A stretch of 64,000 nucleotides of DNA from a virus. The translations under genes were made by a program, and so were the position numbers. Location of the stretch: the IMG/VR virus record IMGVR_UViG_3300029002_000085; one strand, given 5' to 3'. Positions 59,026-64,000 of this stretch are shown here, piece by piece (position 1 is the first letter of the stretch; each line of letters opens with the position of its first letter). Below the pieces are notes generated by a model. The model saw only the letters and a program-made list of their open reading frames with translations. It was not told the origin of the DNA and made no database searches.

Positions 59026-59834
59026 TATTGAGTTATTTTCAGAAAATCAGGAGCAATACCATAGAGCGGTGTTTTTCCATCCCATTTATCAATAAACTGC
59101 TTATACAGGATTTCTTTAGTCAACCCTTTCGATGTAATAAGAGCCTGTTCCGTTTTCAATCGTTCCAATTCATTTTGTTTCTTCTGCTCTTCAATTTTCT
59201 GATCGAGAACAGATATATTGGTATTTACTTCATTGCGACTATCAATCTTATCACGAACAGCTCTTGAAAACTCCAACTGTGCAGAAAAAGTAAGTAATTG
59301 TAATCCTCGTTTATCAAACTCTTTATCTACTATTTGCTCCAGTCTCTTTTCAAAAACTAACGAACCACCATCCGCCATCAGGCTATCAGTCTTATGTTTT
59401 CGGCTTTCCTCCTTAATAAGGTCATAAATACGAGGTTCCAAGATATTATCTTCCAACGATTGCATAAAGCCATCCTTTCCTGATGGAGTATCGGCTTTAT
59501 CAATATGCTTATTGTCAAATACAATATCAATAGCCCTATTTTTCATCACCTTATAGGAATAAGTCGGACGTGCTGTAAACTCCGTATTGTCAGCAGCCTT
59601 TAATGTTACTGGCTCTGCGAATTCTCCACGTTGGTCAAACAAAGGAACTTGAAATAGCTCCGTCCCCCATTCCCATGTAGATACTTTGCCCGAAACTACC
59701 TTAAAATCATCTTTCCCCTGTTTACCGTAATTCTCCATGAGCACACCAGCATAATTAGGAGCAACTCTTTTACACGATGCAAATAAAATAATGGCAATCA
59801 ATGCCAAAAACAGACAATCAATGTTTCTTCTCAT
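59025..59834 (-). CDS. Putative lipoprotein (signal peptide plus lipobox; SPFH/band-7-like helical C-terminus?)
   Basis: MRRNIDCLFLALIAIILFASC has a lipobox Cys; Lys/Glu-rich coiled C-terminal region. Confidence 0.5.
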   Translation of the reverse strand: MRRNIDCLFLALIAIILFASCKRVAPNYAGVLMENYGKQGKDDFKVVSGKVSTWEWGTELFQVPLFDQRGEFAEPVTLKAADNTEFTARPTYSYKVMKNRAIDIVFDNKHIDKADTPSGKDGFMQSLEDNILEPRIYDLIKEESRKHKTDSLMADGGSLVFEKRLEQIVDKEFDKRGLQLLTFSAQLEFSRAVRDKIDSRNEVNTNISVLDQKIEEQKKQNELERLKTEQALITSKGLTKEILYKQFIDKWDGKTPLYGIAPDFLKITQ

Positions 59835-59985
59835 TTTTCAGTGCTTTTATTAATTTATATGTGACAAAAAATATCGTGAACAAGATTACACCCACACCTA
59901 TCCACGCATTTACATGATTAAATATTCTATTTCCAACAAATAGACCGATGATGAACATCACAATTAGAGTTATGTAATTCTTCAT
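59818..59985 (-). CDS. Small TM protein (55 aa) overlapping the lipoprotein start
   Basis: MKNYITLIVMFIIGLFVGNRIFNHVNAWIGVGVILFTIFFVTYKLIKALKNEKKH; not in the ORF track because it is under 60 aa. Confidence 0.3.
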   Translation of the reverse strand: MKNYITLIVMFIIGLFVGNRIFNHVNAWIGVGVILFTIFFVTYKLIKALKNEKKH

Positions 59986-60105
59986 AATAATACGCTTAAT
60001 ATTAATTGATTAATAAATTTCCCCCGTTCCAAGATTATTCGCTAATAAAAAAGGAACAGGGGATTTTCTTATTTTTGAAGTGTCAAATCAAAAAAACAAG
60101 AAAAT

Positions 60106-60552
60106 ATGAATAATGAAGAAAAAGTAGTTTCATACTACAAAGAAACTTTAGAGAAAAAAATCGAATGGACTTTCAGACTCCAAAGCACTCTATTGACTGT
60201 TGCATCCGCTACTTTTGCTGTACTTGTTTCTTTAAGCAATCTTTCAACCAACAACGCTTGCAGTCGAATTTTACTATTGGTAGTAATATGTTCAAACGCA
60301 CTATCCATCCTTTTTTCGTGTATAACCATATACGAGAATCGAGCAATGAGCAACGTGATGATACGCAACGCTCAAAAACGGGTAGAAGAATATATCCTCT
60401 ATAGCTTATACAATTCCAAAATGACCGTAACGCCAGCCGTACCACGCAATAAATTCTTCGCTATTTGTGAGTCAATTTCCTACATTTCATTTCTATTTTT
60501 TATTATTAGTTTAACAGCCTATGCAATTTATAAGATACACACGCAGTTGTAA
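60106..60552 (+). CDS. Multi-pass membrane protein
   Basis: 148 aa with 3-4 hydrophobic helices. Confidence 0.45.
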   Translation: MNNEEKVVSYYKETLEKKIEWTFRLQSTLLTVASATFAVLVSLSNLSTNNACSRILLLVVICSNALSILFSCITIYENRAMSNVMIRNAQKRVEEYILYSLYNSKMTVTPAVPRNKFFAICESISYISFLFFIISLTAYAIYKIHTQL

Positions 60553-60568
60553 CGTCAATTAAACATTG

Positions 60569-60640
60569 AAGTGACGAGCGGATTCGAACCGCCGACCTCA
60601 TGTAAAAACATGTGCTCTAACCTGCCTGAGCTACATCACC
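60569..60640 (-). tRNA. tRNA-like gene 5 (paralogue of tRNA-like 4 with a different acceptor stem)
   Basis: GGTGATG TA GCTC AGGCAGGTTA GAGC A CATGT-TTTT-ACATG AGGTC GGCGG TTCGAAT CCGCT CGTCACT. The core from the D-loop to the T-loop is near-identical to tRNA-like 4. Confidence 0.55.
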
Positions 60641-60914
60641 TTTATATACATAAAGCAAATACCTCGATTTGCCGACAAACGTCTAACTGATTTAGTTTTA
60701 CAACGATACGGTTTGACCATTAACCACAGCATTATATCGTTGGGAAGTCTGCCTACATCAGTAATCCCTTTCGGCACGTGTCGGCTTCCAAAACACCATT
60801 TTACCAATATGCCAAAGAACTCTTCTCTGTTGTTCCCAGTCTCCCTTCAAGGGCAGGCTCAAAGACCGGACTGGGTACCGGATAACCGGCGGTTTGGTTT
60901 GACTTTAGTGAGGG

Positions 60915-61118
60915 TTATGATTTAGCAGCGGTGCAAATCAAGTTAGCTATTGTAGAAATGGATTTGACATTCTCCGCCAGTTCGCAGTTCTTAGCATCCG
61001 CTTTTCTCCACCAATCCTCATACATAGCTCTTTCTTTTTTTAGCTGTTCGTTCTCTTTCTTCAGTTCCTCTACTTGTTCTTCAAGAATCTGCTCACGTGA
61101 TTTCTTTTGCTCTTCCAT
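60915..61118 (-). CDS. Small coiled-coil protein
   Basis: 67 aa; EEQVEELKKENEQLKKERAMYEDWW. Confidence 0.35.
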   Translation of the reverse strand: MEEQKKSREQILEEQVEELKKENEQLKKERAMYEDWWRKADAKNCELAENVKSISTIANLICTAAKS

Positions 61119-61136
61119 GATTATTGTATAAATTGA

Positions 61137-61454
61137 TTAATCTCCGACATAATGTGCACCGTAATGTGTACTATTTGAATTGTAGTAAGCGGAAGTAGGT
61201 ATATTAAGATTATTGTACCCCTCATGCCTTGTAGCTTTAGCCGCTTTACTCATTACCTCGTTTCTTTCTGATAAGAATTTATCCGTTCTTGCTTTCATGG
61301 CTTCCTGTGAGAAATTTTCTTGAAGTTTAGCAAGTCTCCAGGTAGCTTTCAGAACCTCTCCAAAAGTTTTTCCCTGCTTCTTGCCTGAATACTTATAGGT
61401 TCTATGAGCATTTCTCATTATTTCGGATAAATCAAATCTTTTCATGTCTGTCAC
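61137..61454 (-). CDS. Hypothetical protein, first gene of the leftward early transcript (Cro-position)
   Basis: 105-aa ORF divergent from the HTH repressor-like gene. Confidence 0.4.
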   Translation of the reverse strand: MTDMKRFDLSEIMRNAHRTYKYSGKKQGKTFGEVLKATWRLAKLQENFSQEAMKARTDKFLSERNEVMSKAAKATRHEGYNNLNIPTSAYYNSNSTHYGAHYVGD

Positions 61455-61529
61455 ATTTATTGAGTTTCACATTTGTTTTATCAATCATTTTTTATACTTT
61501 TGGAGTATTGATTGATTGATGATGCAAAT

Positions 61530-61605
61530 GTAATCCGAATATGGATAATTTCAAATCCAAAAACCTATTTTATTATCCATATTTGGATATATTAACTTTA
61601 TAGTA
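61530..61605. promoter_or_regulatory. Divergent promoter/operator region with palindromes
   Basis: Inverted repeat AATATGGATAAT (61538-61549) / ATTATCCATATT (61572-61583) and palindrome ATCCATATTTGGAT (61575-61588), between divergent genes. Confidence 0.45.
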
Positions 61606-61611
61606 AATTTT

Positions 61612-61992
61612 ATGATTGATAGAATTAAAGAAGTTATAGCCTATTCGGGGCTATCTGATAGGGCATTTGCCCTCAAATGTGGTATTAAACAAAACACATT
61701 GAGTAGACAATTAGGAGGGGTAAGTGAGGTTAGTGCCTCAACTATTAATACAATATTGGATAACTACCAAGAAATATCCGCAGAATGGCTGTTAAGAGGA
61801 AAAGGCTCCATGCTTCTTCAAAAAGAAGAAACAGAACCAGGAATGGAGAAATTGAAAAGTATAGTATATACCATAGCCAATTTGCAGGATGAAATCAATG
61901 AAAAGACAGTGCTTACCCAACGGCTTTTGGAAGAAAACCAAAAATTAAAGGGTGAATTGGCTATGTTGAAGAATGAAAGAAATGTAGGATAA
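61612..61992 (+). CDS. XRE-family HTH transcriptional regulator with C-terminal leucine-zipper-like coiled coil (repressor-like)
   Basis: LSDRAFALKCGIKQNTLSRQLGG HTH, with a C-terminal LQDEINEKTVLTQRLLEENQKLKGELAMLKNE. Confidence 0.6.
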   Translation: MIDRIKEVIAYSGLSDRAFALKCGIKQNTLSRQLGGVSEVSASTINTILDNYQEISAEWLLRGKGSMLLQKEETEPGMEKLKSIVYTIANLQDEINEKTVLTQRLLEENQKLKGELAMLKNERNVG

Positions 61993-61995
61993 GCC

Positions 61996-62235
61996 ATGAA
62001 AAGGACATATTATACTATAGTACTCAAAATAGCATTTGTAATCACTTACTTTATAGTACTGTTTAACTATCCAATAACAACAGTTATTATAAGCTTGATT
62101 CTTATTGCACTATACTATAACATAATGTCTGATTCAAGCCAAACTAATAGGCCGGATAAATGGGTCAATGGATATACAAAAAAGGATGGAACCTATGTAA
62201 ACGGTCACTGGAAAAGAAAAAGAAATAAATACTAA
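61996..62235 (+). CDS. Small membrane protein
   Basis: 79 aa; two hydrophobic helices, then a basic tail. Confidence 0.4.
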   Translation: MKRTYYTIVLKIAFVITYFIVLFNYPITTVIISLILIALYYNIMSDSSQTNRPDKWVNGYTKKDGTYVNGHWKRKRNKY

Positions 62236-62370
62236 ATGAAGAAAATCACATTAGTTTCATTTGCATTGTAAATTAATAAAATAAACCTCATCATTATCAA
62301 AAACAGCAGTTCTTAGCATACCTTTAGAACTCTAAAAACACTGAATAATCACATATAAATAATCAATATT

Positions 62371-63240
62371 ATGGAGCAGACAAAAGAAAGTAAAAGAATC
62401 ATTGGCGGAAAAATGTATGTTATAAACATCAAGTCTAGATACGAACAAACGCCACAAAAATATGTTAAATTATTTGAGCAACTATATGCTAAAGATCCCC
62501 TCATATTATTACATAGTAATAGATATATCAGTATAAAACAGCTTCTTAAAAGCGAATATTTAGAGGATGACGGTACCCCAAGAATGCTATTAATCAAATT
62601 AATTTCATATGATATTCTTAATCCAGATGCTTTTTATGATAAAAAAACGAAAACACAGGTAAAGATTGACATTAATCCTGATATTGTTGCTAACCTAAAA
62701 GAGGTAGAGCTATATTTTATCCCTAAAGTGCACCGATTAATAGTCAGCATAAGCTCTAAAATCGGTATAAATCAAGTGATGAAATATCTTACCCATAGTT
62801 TTGCAGAAACAGCTAGTAATGGAGCTGTTGATATTAATATAGAGAAAAGTAGAGATATCATCACAAGAGTTTTAAACGCACATAAAATATTTTTAATTGA
62901 TGCAGATATAACTTTTTCAAATAAAGATTTTACAGAAGGATTTATTGCAAAGTTTGACAAAAAAATAAAAGATGCAAGACCAAGAAATGTTAAATTCAAA
63001 ATGGAAGGAACAGACGAAGAACCTCTTAAAAAAGAAGAAGATGGAATAATCGAAGCAATAGTCAACATGTCACGTAGTAACGGTACAATGATAGCTAGAG
63101 TACAAGAAAAAGAAAATGGAAAACCGATCAAGATTGATACAAAAGATTATCCTATGAGAATAGAAATTAAAGATACAGAAAAAAATTATTTTAATAAGAT
63201 ATACACAGAATTATGTAGTATATTTGGGCATAATCAATAA
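62371..63240 (+). CDS. Hypothetical protein (AT-rich cassette)
   Basis: 289-aa ORF in a GC-poor stretch. Confidence 0.45.
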   Translation: MEQTKESKRIIGGKMYVINIKSRYEQTPQKYVKLFEQLYAKDPLILLHSNRYISIKQLLKSEYLEDDGTPRMLLIKLISYDILNPDAFYDKKTKTQVKIDINPDIVANLKEVELYFIPKVHRLIVSISSKIGINQVMKYLTHSFAETASNGAVDINIEKSRDIITRVLNAHKIFLIDADITFSNKDFTEGFIAKFDKKIKDARPRNVKFKMEGTDEEPLKKEEDGIIEAIVNMSRSNGTMIARVQEKENGKPIKIDTKDYPMRIEIKDTEKNYFNKIYTELCSIFGHNQ

Positions 63241-63248
63241 CTAGAATC

Positions 63249-63767
63249 ATGAATGCTAAAGATGAATTTGGATGGAGAAGTATTTTTAAAGTATATACTA
63301 GTAAAGATATTTTAAAAGATTCTTTAGTACCAATACTTCTCTCTATTTCGATGATTATTATAGGTAACTTTAGTGATATCCCATCATATAAGTCATTAAG
63401 TACAATCATAGACTTATGTATTGGAATTATCCCTACCATTGTCTCACTCGTATTAGCTGCATATGCCATTTTATTATCTATATATTGCTCTAATCTACTA
63501 AATGATTTAAAAGATGATGAAGGAATAAAACTACTCTCTGGACTAAATTCCTCATTTGTAGTATGTATGATTATTATGTTTATTGGTATTTTTTTTAGTA
63601 TTATATTTAAATATATACATAGTCTAAACATCCAATTTTTATATAGCGATTATGTTAATAATACAGCATCATTCTTGTTACTTTACCTTCTATTATATTC
63701 TATATGGTCCATGAAGGATATAGTTATAAACATATATAATTTAAGCAAGGCTGCATTACTTTCTTAA
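63249..63767 (+). CDS. Membrane protein (AT-rich cassette)
   Basis: 172 aa with multiple TM helices; 8 nt after the preceding gene. Confidence 0.45.
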   Translation: MNAKDEFGWRSIFKVYTSKDILKDSLVPILLSISMIIIGNFSDIPSYKSLSTIIDLCIGIIPTIVSLVLAAYAILLSIYCSNLLNDLKDDEGIKLLSGLNSSFVVCMIIMFIGIFFSIIFKYIHSLNIQFLYSDYVNNTASFLLLYLLLYSIWSMKDIVINIYNLSKAALLS

Positions 63768-63805
63768 AATACAGTTCTGTTCAAAGAAAATGTGGAAAAA
63801 AGTAA

Positions 63806-64000
63806 TCATATTCTCTTCTTCCATTCCCATGGTTTGGGAGAAGAAATATAGTCGACAGGAATTCCTTTTTCGGATAAGATCCTTTGCAAATGCCAAACAA
63901 GTGCTTCATCAGTAACATTTTTTTCGCCTGTAAGGTATCTTATTTGATAAACGATTCCTTCCAAGGAGGCTTTTGAAATAGGCTTTATTCTTTTGAACAT
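63806..64000 (-). CDS. Hypothetical protein at the window edge (may extend upstream beyond the window)
   Basis: 64-aa ORF whose ATG is the last three bases of the window. Confidence 0.3.
   Translation of the reverse strand: MFKRIKPISKASLEGIVYQIRYLTGEKNVTDEALVWHLQRILSEKGIPVDYISSPKPWEWKKRI

Noticed and set aside
1-64000. Scanned for CRISPR arrays (regular 25-40 bp direct repeats with unique spacers)
   Set aside because: No such periodic repeat structure is present; the only tandem repeats are short coding repeats at 50870-50990.

Overview
The window reads as a Bacteroidales-type tailed phage or prophage, with about 40% GC, TTTG...TAnnTTTG-style promoters, no Shine-Dalgarno sequences and tightly packed, overlapping genes. 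Almost the whole minus strand from ~26.7 kb down to the window start is one morphogenesis operon: TerS, TerL, portal, prohead protease, HK97-like capsid, head-tail genes, major tail protein, chaperones, a 1303-aa tape-measure protein, tail/baseplate proteins, a 2057-aa fibre-like protein, and a further structural gene running off the left edge. A small moron (ECF-like sigma factor plus membrane protein) sits in the tail cluster between two terminators. Between terS and a tyrosine integrase (26.7-33.7 kb) lies an accessory island. It holds a membrane protein, an SDR epimerase and a ComF-like phosphoribosyltransferase as one operon. It also holds an XRE/C-protein with an EcoRI-family N6-adenine methyltransferase, followed by inverted degenerate copies of the methyltransferase 3' end. 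The island further contains a Bro-N/DinD-like protein and a DUF262+HNH (GmrSD-like type IV) endonuclease. A high-GC NBU/Tn4555-like mobilisable cassette (MobV relaxase, oriT-like repeats, HTH protein, IntDOT-like integrase) is nested at 33.7-37.4 kb. The early region (37.8-56.4 kb, minus strand) encodes Rad52-like Sak, a PD-(D/E)XK exonuclease, SSB, an SF2 helicase, HNH nucleases, ParB-like proteins, a PAPS-reductase-like protein, an ASCH protein, and a truncated HsdM-like fragment next to a third tyrosine recombinase. These genes are driven by at least four copies of a conserved promoter/operator element. A cluster of four minus-strand tRNA-like genes (56.7-57.4 kb) plus a fifth paralogue at 60.6 kb have canonical acceptor, D and T arms. 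By hand-folding they carry a shortened hairpin in place of a 7-nt anticodon loop. The right end has a divergent HTH-repressor switch and an AT-rich two-gene cassette. No CRISPR array and no rRNA were seen.
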